In this document: positions 1 through 14,499 of the stretch, piece after piece
How the letters are laid out: every line of letters begins with the position of its first letter
Numbering within the stretch: the first letter of the stretch is position 1
Source: Phoronis australis
Lineage: Eukaryota; Animalia; Phoronida
Reading direction: 5' to 3'
DNA: 64,000 bases
NCBI GenBank assembly: GCA_002633005.1
Contig: NMRA01000142.1
Coordinates: forward strand, 124,001-188,000
The notes under the pieces: model-generated
Database searches by the model: none
What the model was told of the DNA's origin: nothing
Seen by the model: only the letters and a program-made list of their open reading frames with translations
Translations under genes and position numbers: made by a program

Positions 1-377
1 AACATCCTGTGACACAGGAAGTGAAATTGTTTTCAGTTGAATCCTTCTTTTATCAATCAAGTGAGATGCCAATGGTGCAATAGCGGGTAAACAGAACAAG
101 GATTGGTTGGTATCTGTGGTATTGAATGATTGCAAGCCCAAATTCTATTTCAGGCCAGGCACCCCTAGATGTTTTAGTTTGACGACTTCAAGCAACCTTA
201 ATCTGGCATTCTATAGCCAAACGAATGTGTTCATAAAGAATCAGGAAGAGAAATTAACTGTGAGACAACTTTGATCATATAGATCTTGCATATCATGCTT
301 CACATACTTATAGCTAGACAACTGCTTGACGACTGTTAAGCGTTTTATACTTTGTCTGCACCAAGGCAAGAAACTAA

Positions 378-1194
378 GGGCTGTTCCAGCAAAATCTGCA
401 TGGGAGGGGGAGAAGGCACTTTTATTTCGTACCCACCAACCATATTTTTCATTTATTTCTCCAACCCATGACCCATAATTTTTTAATTATTTTAATAGGT
501 TAAAATATAAAATCCAACACTTGCAAACAAATTGCCTCCAGGAGGACCTGTTAAGAACTTAGATGATTGACAGACAAGAACTAGTTGTCTTGTCCAATAT
601 TGTCAAAAACTAAAGTAGCCTGTGAGCAATACTTTTGGCAGCCACCAGGTGTCTCTGTTCACCATGTGTCTATAATTTCAATGAACATTTTTTCAATTAT
701 AAGGATCTATGAATCTCAAACTGTCTCCACGAACTCTTTTATACTTCTATGTCAAGTGAATATTGGAACTTGTTTATCTTACTCCTCATACTTTTTATTT
801 AAAAATCATCAATTTTCTTATATGTGTTAACACCAGTTTAGTGTTGCATAACTTTTCAATTCAATAGGACTGCAGACAAACAGTTGGCTCAAATCAAGTT
901 GCCCATGACTTCATTAATGGCTTAGTGAACATATTACACTCTGTTCACTGGCAATATGGGCTTTTTTGTGTTGGGATAAGTTAGGATATATGCCAATTGC
1001 ACTTTTTTGAGTTTTGACCGCTGAAGTAACCAACCTGTCAACATTAACAGGTCAAAAAATACCCATTTTTAATGCATCACTTCTTACAGGAATGACCACC
1101 CATAATTTGAGTTTTTTTCTGAAGACCACCACCCATGAATTTTTGTTTCTACTGCCGTCCCCCCCCTCCCACACAGATTTTACTGGAACAGTCC
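378..1194. mobile_element. PIF/Harbinger-type MITE, ~817 bp, in an AGA intron
   Basis: Imperfect ~33-bp TIRs (GGGCTGTTCCAGCAAAATCTGCATGGGAGGGGG vs reverse complement GGACTGTTCCAGTAAAATCTGTGTGGGAGGGGG) flanked by TAA on both sides (375-377, 1195-1197). Confidence 0.8.
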
Positions 1195-1728
1195 TAAGCC
1201 TATAACTAATTTAATCAACACTGATTCCAAATAGCTCAAACCACAGGATAAAATTTTCACCGGTGTTCAATTTTTAGTCATTAGAATCATGGTTGATGCA
1301 TTAGTGTAATTTCCCTCCGCAGTTAAATATGTCCATTGCTTGTTTGGAGACCCAGACTGTAGCCTAGAAGCAGTTCATTTCTAATTAATTCTCTGCTTAG
1401 CAAAATATCATTAAGCGACAGTTGCAAAATGCTAATGAATTTTCAATCGTTCTTGCATGACATTTGTGGCTATCGCAACCTGGAAAAAGCTATTTACTAG
1501 TTGTAAGCAGATGCCTGAACTTTTCGACAAGGTGGTCAGTTCATATTTTGCAGTAAAAATGTTATTTAACATAGGGTCCAGTACGACTCATTGTGTTTAC
1601 TGGTATTGTAATGTCCCTACACTTGCTGGTAGATGTAGTAAACCTACAGTAACTGAAAAATATCATTGTCAATGATGTTCTATTGTCACAACATGTACTG
1701 GACCTGAACTAGGTTCAGCAAACCATAC

Positions 1729-4700
1729 CTTGGTAAAAATCTCATCATCACATCACCATCACCTGTTGCTGCAGCCCCGCCCACATCACTGTCGGCATAG
1801 CAACCAGCCCCAACTACTGGAGAATCCCCCACACGTCTAGAATTAATATAAAGACACATATTACGTATATCACGCAGGCAAACATAAACTCAAACTTAAG
1901 GCAAAATTCATGGACATTACATCTAGGGCTTGGAATGACCAATGACAAAAAAAGGAAAATTTTCCAGGTGAAGTATCATTCCACAAATAAATAGGCGTGT
2001 GTGATAGAAATATTTTTTGCGATGTAAAATTTAACTGAACTGAACCTTTTTACAGCCAAAATAATGATAAAAATAGAGGAAAAAAGAAGAACATGGAAAT
2101 CAAATATTGGAAATCCAAACCAAAAAGAGGAAATCCTCTTAAGAAATGAAAACTCCAAACCATGTACATCACATATTCTTACTTGACTGCTGTAACGATG
2201 TTTACTTCTACTGAATTCAGATTCACGCGCAAAAACAGATCCTGTTGTTGGCAATCCGACTACTAGAGTAAGCTTGACAATGAAATTAAGAGTTTTGACC
2301 ATGCCACTGAAGCCACTTTAGGTACAGAATTTATTGAGGTTAAGTCATTAACGTGGACAATTTTACATGTAAGCCAATCTGAGAGTTTCAGACTGTTAGG
2401 CAACCATGAGAGAATTGGTACTGTGAAATTTGATATTCAGTTTAAGATGTCTAACACTGGAAAAGTAGAACATTAAACATCTCAACAAAAGTAGCCTCAA
2501 CGAAAATGTTGTCAGCATAACCTCTCCTTTACAGTCGTCACCTAACAACAATTGCACACAAACAGTGATGAACATTTGAAAATTTGAAAACTAAATAATG
2601 ATTTTAGCAATTATTTTCATGATCCCAAACAAACAAATTTTACAAATAATTAAAAAGGTCTGCTTTCAATGAACTCATGTTTATACAAAACAGTCGATTA
2701 GACACACCACCCAATTTAAGGCTACATGCAACTACCTTCATTAACCGAAGGTCGTGTTTCTTCAAGTATCTTCTAAAATATCCCGTCTAACACATGAAAT
2801 CAAACATTTTTAGAAACTGGTGAGCACAGAAACAATTACATTTCTGTGTGTGCTCAAAAAAATTAAATGGCTTCAAAAGGTGAACCTAGTAAGTATCTTG
2901 AATATTTGGAACAATGTGACCCTCAATGACAAAGGAAGTTGACGGATGACTTAATATCCAACAGGTGGCGCTAATGCAAGAACACTCCTCTGTTTTTAAA
3001 CTGAATAGATTGAGAGCAGAACGTAATTTGCGAGCACGAGAGCATGAGTGGGCTGAGTTTAAAGTCGCTCATTACCTTAAGTGATGGAATTTGTAATCCC
3101 TCATCTTAATTGACCTATAGCTAGGCTTTTGAGTGACGGCTTAACTGATCAATCAGAATGCAGCATTCTTGACACACCTTCATTTCCAAGCTGACATTTT
3201 ACCCGACAAACAACACGTTGTCAGCTAAAACTTATCGTTCGTTCGTCGACTGTTCGTAAGAGGGCAGAGCTTGCAACAGGTCAATTCATATGCGACCAGA
3301 CATACACAATCTACCCTCACTAAACAGCAATATTACAGTGCTATATGCTTAATAGGTTCTACCTAATAATAGAAGTGCAACAACCAAATTGTGTTATTTT
3401 ATAAATAAAGCTGGCATCACCAAAGCTTTCTTCTAGCGCAAGTTAGTTATTATTTAGTTTACTATAGCTGGGACCCATTCACTAGCGACCTCTCTCGGTC
3501 TCCTGATTATCACCTCCATATTGTCGATAAGTGTTTGCTTTGTGCAATATAGTTTAACCTTCGTCGTAGTGTTCTTTACAATTTCCTGGCGTTGACAGAT
3601 TTTCAAAGAAAAAGACTTGAGACAACTTGGTTTGCCAAAACAATGACCTTTAAAACATATATTCAAAATTGCTAAGCAACCAAAGGTTACGGAATTTCAA
3701 GAAAAAATGTACATCATACATATTGCAATAAACATGGTCATTGAGTGTTTTAGGGCCTCTGACAAGAAAAAGCTTGTGATGTTGACAACGGCGGATCAAA
3801 AAAGTTATGCAGTTGTGTTCACAGATATTCCCACATACCCTGGAACTTTGTGATTGGCGCCGTTCGTCGAAGTCCCTGCGGCAACTGATCCCGAACTATC
3901 AATGGCTACCAGTCCTATTGTATCATGATTTTGAGAACTAACATCTCCATTATACCGTCTTTGTTTCTGACTGCCATTGTCCACCTTCCTAGTGGGTTTG
4001 TATGGACCACAACTGGTAGTTGGATTGGGAGAAACGTTCTGAAATCATGGTACACACTGTTTCACATAGAAGACGAAAAGGACAGCTCTAAAGGGACACC
4101 AGTGGTTTTACGGCTGTGAAACATGTACATTTTATGGGTTATTATTGGATCACGTTGCTAGCTTTGACCAGAGCTGAAAAACAACAAAATCTGTTATTTT
4201 TTGTCACTTTAGTACAAATTGCCAATCCTCATCATTGTCTGCCAGACATTCTCCGAAATGAAGGCCGGTGTATTTACCATTTAAATGTGCATAAAATATT
4301 TTGGGATTAGGCCACAATGGCTATGCACTACAGCTATGCCACCTATTGCGCATAAACATAACCAGTGCGACATGCAGAAGACAACTTAACAGACGACATA
4401 GGATCAGAGTCTAATATTACCCTTTCAGTTTCAACTCTAAAGTCAATTTCATGCAAAACGCAACAAAATGAAATGAAAACAAACCTGTCTAAAGTTGGGC
4501 TGACAGTTGTTATTTTTCCACGACTTCCAAATGTCTATAGATTTGTTGGTATGCAGATCTGTCTTGCTAAAGCCCATCGACTCCGCAAACTGTGTGGCTG
4601 AAGAGGAATAAGGATGTTACTGTAATTATGTACACTAGAACTAGTAAAGCTATAGTGCAACTTACTAGGTTATCCAAAGGAATGATGATAATAATAATGA

Positions 4701-7700
4701 TAGTGATAATAATAAACTTTATTAACAGATGATAAAATACAATACAATTTAAAGTAACATGCCTTAGCCAAAGGCTAATATACAGCATGGCCCTTTTAAA
4801 ATCAAAATGGAACTTTATATTCTCAACCATTTGATAAATAGAATGACCAGAAAGAACAATCAGGTGGGGAGGAAATGCACCCTCAGATTTGGGCAAGTGA
4901 AAAATACCACGGGTAAGTTAAGAAAAATTTCAGCAAATTAGGAAACATTCTCGCAGACCTATCACTTGCTCTCTAACAGCAATGTCTGTATGTTTTTGGT
5001 CAAGCAAGGTAAAATTTTGTCAAACCTGTAGTAACTTGGTGTATCAAACCCGTTTTGTCAGCTGTAAATGTTCATAAATTTTAACACCTCCTATAGTAGT
5101 CCTACTTCACATTACTCACATTTCGATTCTCAAACTTTTCGTTACCGTTTCTATCCATGCAAGTACAACGGACCACCTTCAACAACATATTAAAGAAGAC
5201 AAAAACCACAATTTTATACATACAAGTAAAGTTTTCTCTTCACAGTTCACAAACATTTTTATTTGATAAATTTTCAAATGACATTTCGCTATGAAGTCAA
5301 AATACAGAGTACGAGAATGAATGTTTGAATAATACGAGTCCTTGCACTATTGAATTACCTTGGTCACCTGCCAATAGGGTGTGCTTGGTGTAGTCCATCA
5401 CAGCTCTGGCTACAGATATTGCTTGTTTGACCTTCCTGAGATTAGCAACGGCTCCCACATCAATAGAGTTGCTAGGCAATGGAAAACAGAGGTATCACAT
5501 TACGTTTGTTAAATGTGTACATTTCGAGTGACACCGTTTGTTGAGGTGAGTGTTGCTGGAAATGCAAATTCAAATTGCAAATTAAAATTGGTTACCTTTG
5601 CATACTGGAAATATTTAATAATGAAAACGAAAGATTATTTCAGCACAGTTGCGTAAGGTACAACTTGGTTAAGACAGTTAACCATGGGCAGTCTTTAGTC
5701 ACGAGAAAATGAAACAGGAATGAAATAGAGTATTTTCATTTTTCAAAGATAAATAAATGGAAGAGTTTGATACACAAAATGAGGAAATAATCGATAATAA
5801 CAATGATTGTGACAAAGCATTTAAGGAGACCAGCATTTGTTTTGTAACTTGCTTATACCACTGATCAAATGTAGCTATGCATGGAATGCAGGGATTTTTA
5901 ATATGCTTATTATTGTCCTTTAGCATTATCCACATACAACACTAGAGTACGCAAGACCTTTAAGGATTTAAAAGTCCCTTCACCTAATTTTAGAAACTGG
6001 ATCCACCAGAAACAGTTTCAGGTTGTGAACTCAAATAAAGCGCCGAAGCCATGACCATTATATCTCAATGGATGGCGTAATGTAACATTCTTGTTTAGCG
6101 GTTTGCACAGTTAGGCCAAACACTATGTACCCGTCCATGATCATGGCATCAAGAGTCGTCTCCCCTGACTCATCCGGACTCCCACCATATCCCACAGTTC
6201 CATCACACTGCTCGACTTCACATGATGTGCACCCGGCCTCAACAGCATCCAATGCCGACTGACCTTTGGATAAGCTCTGCCACGCTGAAATGTAAATAAA
6301 CAATAATTTGGTGATTAGTTACGTACAGGGGTCCCACATTCTAAGAACCAGCTATCTCGGTCCACAAAAGTGGCATCAGAAACATTTATTTGGTTCGGCA
6401 ACTGGCCAATAAAGTCGGAAATGGGAAGAGTGCGACAGGCATACTTCCTCCCATAGAATTCAAGTCTAATTTGGTGCATTTCAGAGGGCTCGAAACGCCT
6501 TTTTTAATGTACGTTATGAAAAATATTGGTCTGACCCCAGCTGACCTGATGGACTGGTTCCGTCACCCACGCGCTGAATAACTGGCATCAAACTGGTTCT
6601 CAAAATCTGGGACATTTTAACCCATGTTACAGGGACCACAGCCAACAAGACTACACACGATAAAGCAGACACAAAATACAGGAACCAAGAACATACAACA
6701 ACGACCGCAGGACGTCACTGGCATCTAAACCAGGCACCAAAAATACTGGCAATGACCACACCAATGAACTAAAGAATACCACATGATGAACACTATTTCA
6801 AAAATATTTGCTTTCACACACATTCACTGGTAATGGTACTGGTACCAACAGCTTACGAAGTATTCAAAAATGAAATTGCGAAAAGGTGACACTATACTGT
6901 ATGGTGCTGAAAGCAGTATAAATCTCCATAAACTCATTCCATGACTTGAGCTGCAGAATACCAGCATGTCAATCATTTATGGGATGTCCAACCCAAAAAT
7001 TTTTACAAAAAATACGCTGATATATGAATCCTAGAAAAAGGTGTTTTTTGTATTCCAAGGATCACTGCAGTTGTTTTACAAATGCATTATGGTACGATTG
7101 TCATCTCGTAAACATCTGGTGACATCACAGAAAACTTGGTGACTTATACAGTATGATCATAAACATCGTGTGTCACTTGAACTCACGACAGTTGAAACCA
7201 ACCACGGGTTCACTGCAACACATTTTTTGTGCAAGTACGACTAAAAACAGTAATATAAGAACAAAAAATCGAAGTGAGCTACAAAGGCATCGAATGAATC
7301 AATATACTTCCAGCAAATCTTTTGCACGTAAGATTCTCAGGGCATACATTACCAGCCATTTAACACCATATCATCGGAAAGCAATAAAAAAACCTTTTCC
7401 ATCGCATCACCAGATCTCACTGAAGTTAAATGTCACCATCTAAAACGCCAGTCCTGTGATCCGTAGACCCAAGAAACTCGCAAAAATACAAGAGTCCGTA
7501 TGACCTCGCGAGACATCATCGCGCATTACAAGCAAAACACGTGATCACACTAGCTTCAATAGCTAAATTCTTGCATCTACAGAATGCAATCAAGTTTATA
7601 TATTTTTCCAATTTTTCAGTGATGCCATTGTAAGTTTACGAGCTGAAAACCATTACACAACACATTTGAAAAATGACCATCAGTGTCACTAGCAAGAAAG

Positions 7701-9047
7701 TTTGGCCGTAGATGAAATCCCCAAAGAGCAGGGGAACAAAAAAAAAAAAACAGATTGCACAGCTGTGCCACTGAATGAGCACTTTTCCTTCAACTAATAT
7801 ATTCTTTGTTCAAATTTCATACGACAACGTCGCATGTCTGAAACCACACGTATAGTCTGAAACTAGCCAGCCAGTGGTACCAAAGCTAGTCTGAAATCAC
7901 AGGAGATTATCTTCATCTTTTTAGCACACATCTCTCATACTGTGTAATGTAGAAAAATACGCAAGTATTGAACATGGGCTGCCAGTAAGCTTACAGCATC
8001 CAAATCATTCGGCCAAGAGTCAATTATTAAGTGATTTAGGCTTTACACAACTCTACATCACACTCGAAAGTCATGAGTCACAATAAAACTCTCCCATCAA
8101 CAGATAAAGCGCACCCCCTGGCATTCAGATCGGCCACTTGTCTGGGAGTTGCCACTCCTGGGCTGGGAGCATGTATCCCGCTGGGAACATCGTCCAAACC
8201 ATTCAGTCAAGAGGCAACAGCCACACGGCAGTGATTTAGAGAGGCTTCATATGACTCTACGTCACACGTGGAAGTCACGTGTCATAACAGCTGGGAGCAA
8301 GTGTATTCTTGTGTCAGTCTACCGAACCTCCCAAGCTACTACATGATGCTCTTGTCAATCAACTGGCTACACTGTGACTGGCTGTTGTCCAGGTCAATTA
8401 TATTTCACTGTCTTATTCCGTGGCGCAACTAGTGCAGTAATGGCCAATTGCCAATTTGGGCAACTAAACGAAGGACTGACCGAAAAAATTTGATTACCGA
8501 GAACTATTTGTTCCAGTTGGAAAGAATTAAAGACATTGACAGCTTCCTAACGGTGTACCCCTGAGCACAGAAATTAGTTATAGCAATGTGACTTTGACGG
8601 TTTAATGAATGTGAGGCATAATCCTCTGAAAAACTTCCCGCACACACGAAGGCCCTATACCTATATGGCTTTGCAGGCCTGGGAGGAGCATGCAGGTAAA
8701 GACTGAATGACATTGTCCAAGGGTAGCCATTGACCGACAAGAGTCTCTCCTAGTGGTGAGATTGACGACCTCGCGAGACTGGCGGTAGACTTTGACACAG
8801 CACAAAGTTGCACTCCCTTTATTACATCAATGGAAGAGGCACGTGATAACATATTGCTGTAAGCGTAGGCTGCTTCCGTCTATGGCATGGTTTACCCACC
8901 AGATTCAGTCGCATTTGTGAAGGCCCATGTATTAATTACAATAGGATAATTGACTTTCTCAATAGCCTGAGCAGTTAAACATTGTGCACATAAAACACTC
9001 AAAACTCCAGGTCCCAGAATTAAAGCACATTTGCGCAAAACATGCAT
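1729..9047 (-). CDS. AGA: Aspartylglucosaminidase (N(4)-(beta-N-acetylglucosaminyl)-L-asparaginase), 5' part; exons 9047-8900, 6284-6131, 5471-5359, 4597-4485, 4038-3839, 1836-1729; remaining exons lie left of the window
   Basis: Hand-spliced GT-AG exons stay in frame. The product has a signal peptide and [59 protein letters not shown], the autocleavage site HD|[20 protein letters not shown] and [15 protein letters not shown], all hallmarks of the AGA Ntn-hydrolase. Internal exon sizes 154/113/113/108 match human AGA as I recall them. Confidence 0.97.
1924..2164. mobile_element. Non-autonomous DNA transposon, CAGGGCTTGGAAT-ended family, copy 1
   Basis: Degenerate TIRs and a perfect 6-bp TSD TACATC (1918-1923, 2165-2170). 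Internal sequence is shared with 12105-12328 and 29591-29793. Confidence 0.8.
6331..6613. mobile_element. MITE-like element with ~21-bp imperfect TIRs
   Basis: GTCCCACATTCTAAGAACCAG vs reverse complement GTCCCAGATTTTGAGAACCAG. The end segment GCATCAAACTGGTTCTCAAAAT recurs near 25855. Confidence 0.5.
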
Positions 9048-9930
9048 GTTTATGACATTTCCTTTAGTCCAAAATAACTGGCGCCACCTGTTGTTTTTTA
9101 ATTTATTTTTACTGTCAAAATGAGAAATGTTGAACAATGTTAGATTAAAACAATTAAAAGTTGGTTTGTTTTAATTGGTTCTTTAATTGGTTTAGGCCTA
9201 CATGCTAATCAGAACAGATAAAACACAATGCAAGACCAATCCCATGAGCAGACGACATTGGGTTTGAGAGTAGGCTGTTTTCAACGTCTTATGCAACATG
9301 CACAAGATCGGCACATACATAAAACTGGCGTTAACCACGTTTCGTGTTCATTTCAAAGAGTAAGCACTGGTAAGTTATTTTCTTGCGTTGTTGAAGTTCA
9401 TTGTGAAACGTGTCTGAAGTCCCTTGTCTTTCGATAATGAGACTGTAACTGTGTAAACGTTATGAGTATGACAACTATGACATGATTAATGAGTAGACTT
9501 GTTTGTAAACTGATGTAAACATGTTGGCATTGATCTGATATAGGTCCCTGATTTAGAGAACCAGGCAATCACTGAATAATGCGCTCATTGACACTGCCTC
9601 AGCTCTGGCTGTGCCTGTGGGCATGCTCTGAATGAGGTTATGGCAGTCAGTAGGAGTTCTCTGAAGGCTGCCCACTGGGTAGGCAATGACCATCGCCTCT
9701 GTTGGCCCGTCGGCGATGGTCATTGCCTTACCTACTGGGTACCTAGCTGAAGGCCTGAAGCAACAATATGCTCACAGTTGGGCCCATATTCACATATTGC
9801 GCCTATAAATTCTATAGTTCTGGATTTTGTGAAAAAGCTTCATTTATCATTTGAAATTAATAACTATTACCATGAAACCAAGTACACACCCAAATGAGTT
9901 ATTATTTATTGATGTGATTGTCATATAGTA

Positions 9931-10185
9931 CAGGGGCCCGTTCCAAGAAACTGTAGTGACTTAAGTTCATTTTTACTTAACTCTAAGATTTGTCTCAACT
10001 TCCAAACTTTGAAACTTTCACATCCGGTAAGATATAGTCAAAATTAAGTCAAAACTTAAGTCGAAAACTTAAGTCAATTAAACTTAAGATCTCTTTCTAG
10101 AAACTTACTTGAGATGAATTTAAGTTTTATTTTAAAAAATTAAGATTTATCTTAGCTGAGTTAGTTTTCTTGGAACAGGCCACTG
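9931..10185. mobile_element. MITE with internal ACTTAAG repeats
   Basis: TIRs CAGGGGCCCGTTCCAAGAAA / CAGTGGCCTGTTCCAAGAAA (reverse complement), flanked by TA. The interior is made of repeated palindromic ACTTAAG(T) motifs. Confidence 0.7.
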
Positions 10186-12104
10186 TATTTCACTATTCTA
10201 AGTAACTGAACATATCTGGTTTCTGTTTTAACTTGATGTTATTAATACTTCTGAAAGGGAATAATTAAGATATTTACTGAGGTCTCACAAGTTCAAATAA
10301 GTGTAATTTAAAAGAGTACCAACCTCAAACATACTGACACTAATGCTTTACATTTACATTACAATATGAACCCATACTGCACTATTTGTTCAAGAATAAG
10401 ACCACTCATCATTTTCTGGTGTTTTCTGCCAAGCTTGCGATTGTCCAATTTAATATAATGTTGAATGGCTTATAAAAATATTGAGTAAATAGTAGAAAGT
10501 ATAAGAAAACCAAGGGAAACAACATGTTTCATGAATTTCACACATGAATTATTTTTTACACAAAAATTTAAATGACCCCATTAATAAAAAGCCACACTTG
10601 ATATGTATAGCCATGACCTCATTTACCAAATCCTAGAGTCAAGTGAAGTCACGTCTACACATCTATTGTTCCGTAAATCATCTTTTACTCGGTGATAACT
10701 TGTTCCTTGGTTTTACAATTCGACGCACATCACCATATACATGTGATAAATATATATGCATAGCATCTTGATCCCTGAAGAGGTAGCGATAAACGTGTTC
10801 TACACAGCAGTCGGCTCTAGTTTCGGACAATAAAAACTGCTGAAAGCAAAAAATACACCCCCAGTCCACTGAGTGGATATTGGTTGTCAGTTTCAGGTGC
10901 CTCACTGCAACATGCTCCACGTTTATCTCAGGCTCTGAAGGATTCTTCAATTAGTGGCAAGATATATTTATTCACCTGGATAAAAACCTATTCAGCCAGT
11001 GTTGAATAGGTTCTCCCACATGAATGCCTGGTAGGACAGGAAACTTAGTAAATACGACTTGCAAAATGATATGAGAAAATGTAAAAACGAATATAAAATT
11101 AAAAAGATGAACAACGAAATTGACAACAGTTAAAAAACCTGACAGTTAAACATTACTGAGATCATACTGAGAATTCTGGATTTAAGCACACGAAATTTGA
11201 CAAACATCAGAATCGAAGTAACTCTAGCCATTGTATGGCACTAGAATAGAAGAGTGAATGATTGCCAAAACCTCATGTGCTTCAGCATCAAAAGCTGAAA
11301 TTTCTTGTCTATGCTCTCGTGCTTGCTGAATATTTGACTGTTACATTTACCACACATCATGTAACTGAACAATACTACATCTAGCAATTTCTCTCAGCAT
11401 AAAGTGATGTGAAACACAGATTTTCAGACACAGTTCAAGATTTTTAAACAAAGTTCGCACTTTTTTATTCATACCTAGGCATCAGATTTTATTACATCAT
11501 GTCACATATGAGCTGATCTAAAATTATAGTGTGATGTGACAAACTTAATTATAATGGCTGACTTTCGAAATAGCTGTGCCATATTCAAATTCACTATCCC
11601 GCCAGACGGCAATAGTATCTTTGGTGGACAGGCATGCAGCGCCACCTATATAGATCCCATGTAATACGGATGGGAGGTTTCAATCCAGTGGTGTAAACAG
11701 TGTTTTAACACCTTGCCTGCTATCGTAATGCTGGCTAATTTTCACTGATGTGCTGTGGTATATGTACTAATGGCTTATAGAAAAAGGCAAACTTCTTGAA
11801 ATATAGTACATAGATGAAGGACATTATGTCTCGTATATTTCCCGCTGCGGTGAAGAATCCATGGTTCCATAGTCAGTGGCTGCTACTGATGTAGCTACAG
11901 AATTTCAATACCAGCTGATGTCAAACAACTAAAATAAATTTGTAAAATTTACCTAATTGAACAAGGAGAGGTGTTGACAATGAGATTTATTCAAGACATC
12001 AGATTCTGTTTTTAAATTATTGAACCATTGGGTGTAGCAGTGAATTTCTGTGTACCAGCTTTCAGTCTGGATCAAGCGGAAGTCTCTTTCTCACTCACAA
12101 TACT

Positions 12105-12328
12105 CAGTGCTTTGAATTTTCTTCTTTTAAGAGAATTTCCTCTTTTCTGGTTTCGATTTTCTCATTTGATTTCCAATTTCCTCTTTCTTTTGTCTTTTTT
12201 GTAACTTTATTCATGCAAAAACAGTTAAAGTTTGCAACAAAAAATATTTTTATCACACAAGCCTATTTATTTGTGGAACGATTCATCACCTGGAAGGTTT
12301 TCCTCTTTTTTGGTCATTCCAAGCCATG
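12105..12328. mobile_element. CAGGGCTTGGAAT-ended family, copy 2
   Basis: Ends CAGTGCTTTGAATTTTC ... CATTCCAAGCCATG; flanks AATACT / AATTCT (5 of 6 match). Shares CACACAAGCCTATTTATTTGTGGAACGAT with copy 4. Confidence 0.75.
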
Positions 12329-14499
12329 AATTCTCTAGAGAGCAACAATATGAAAAGTCGCTTAGTGTGAAGCAGCTCAAATATAGTTGGAACTGCACCC
12401 TGACGTCATCCGTGCTGGGAATATGCCTCTTGTCTGCAGCAATTCTTCATCGTGTTAGAAGTCTAATTATTAAACCTCAGTTTGTCTGCAAACCAAGCAA
12501 AAACAAAGCAGCTTGTTAGTCATGGGCGTAATCCAATCAAAATTAAATCGTTGAGCATACTAGCAGCCGTAAACAGTATAGGGAGAGATGCCGTGTTGAC
12601 AAAAATAAACTTCATCTTATGTCACAAAAATTTTAAACCAGTAGAAATCTTTTCGTTGTGCCAAACTGAACCCTCTCACAGAAAATTTTGCCACAAAATG
12701 CACCCTTTTGTTGGAAACTGATCATGAAAAAATTTCTTGTGCAGTATGACCCGTATACCTTTTGGGGAATTTGGGAATAAACCCCCCCCCCCTCTTTCTT
12801 CTCTTCCCGTCTCCCTCCCCCTCCGGTACATACCTTAATGGGTCGCAATGTAAACAATGCTAAGCTCAATTGCATACATTATGCCCTGCTATTTGACCCC
12901 TGTGAGTGAGTGGTAGTGTCTATTAAGTGAGGCTGTATTGAATTAGGTATCTCCATTCAGAAAATTGCGATCCTGATTTTTTCCACCAACTTAAATATTT
13001 ATTGCATAAATAAACTATGCCATTATTTTTTATGTTATCATTCTTTGATTTTTTGTTTCAAATATTTTTAATGCCATCAACATGCCCGCATAATTTGCTA
13101 TGTGGATTCAAATGTCTGCTGATGCTCGTGCGTTTTGTTCTTGTAAAGACTTAGGCTACAGTCAAATTTGTCCAATTTCAGACAAAAATACAATTATCCT
13201 AAATTGTTCTAATTTTTATTTTTTCAAAGGCTTTTAGCGTTGTTGCACAAATGCCCACAGAACATTGTCTGGAGGTAGCTATTCTGTAAAAATGAGAAAT
13301 AGTAAAGCGTTTGTTTGGTTAGTTTAATTTTTTACAAAAAATGAAAAAATTTAACTGCCTGCCATATTGTGCACTAATCTAATGAGATTTTCCAGTAGTC
13401 TATTGAGGAAGTGGTGTCTTCACAACGGACTGACAAAGAACTGTGCTACCCAAGTGTCATGGCAACAATATTTTTTTAAGACCTGACAAATGAACCTGGC
13501 CGTGTCTGGTACAATTTTTGACCTCAGAGCGGACAGTATTACACCTGATTATTGGATCTTTAGCACTTGAACTCCTCGTAATACCTAACCTTTACACGTG
13601 ATGCATTTTCTTATCAATATTGATACCGGGTTCGCATCTTCTGATAAACAGAGACACTCTTTACAGTAGAGTCATATGACTAGTGGGATGGTGGTGTTTA
13701 GGGAAGGAGTTGAGTGTAGTGTAAAGTAATTATTATAAATCTTCATTCGTCTGCAACTTGGTAGCACCTGGAAAAATCAGCATGTTTGGAGGTTGGTACT
13801 TCATACTGCCTGAGCTCGTTGAGTTTGCTTAAAGTTATGTCACTGCCTGTTAGTTTTGGGGCCACTAATCCATGGCAAACACCCTCTCTAAACACTTCCA
13901 TTTTGTTGAATTGTTTGAGTCATGTGGCTGGCAAGTTACTGATATGATTCAAGATGCTTTAGGAACATTTTTCCTAGTGCACTTGTGTGTTTTTATGCAC
14001 CGAATATTTTGCTGTGTTAGCATTTTGGTTGACAGTTGAAGTTTGTCAATCGGGGGTGCTGAAATTACCTACGGTATTAGTTTTTATTAGTTTGTTAGGG
14101 TTTTAGAGTCGTTAGGGTTTTAGAGTCATGCTGATTGTACAACAGTTGTGGGAACCTGCGAAAAGGCAGCGTCGACATCTCTTTCAAGGTTGTGTGCAAC
14201 AAGTATGAACTTTGCAGAAGTAACATATTGTTAGTTCTTTTGAAATCTAAAAGTCATTTCTAACCTTAGTAGGGGAAACAGGGTGAGACCAATTTTACGA
14301 TCTATGGTAAGTGGCCTAAATCAGATGTTGATTTTTGCCCGAATGCTTGTGTTTATTGCAGTGTTGAAGATTGTTCGTCGGATGGTAGCTTGCAGGAGCG
14401 ATCAGGCACATGTAAATGCACTGAAGGGTTTAGGGGTGGTGGGAAAGTCTCTCAACTACCAAATGTGAAGTTAATCTGAAGTTTGCTCGTTTTCCAGAA

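Noticed and set aside
1-1728. Remaining AGA exons (YQAVE.. and C-terminal)
   Set aside because: I found no matching reading frame with splice sites; they are presumed to lie left of the window.
14094-14127. TTAGGG telomere-like motif
   Set aside because: Only a 17-bp unit (GTTAGGGTTTTAGAGTC) duplicated once; not a telomeric array.
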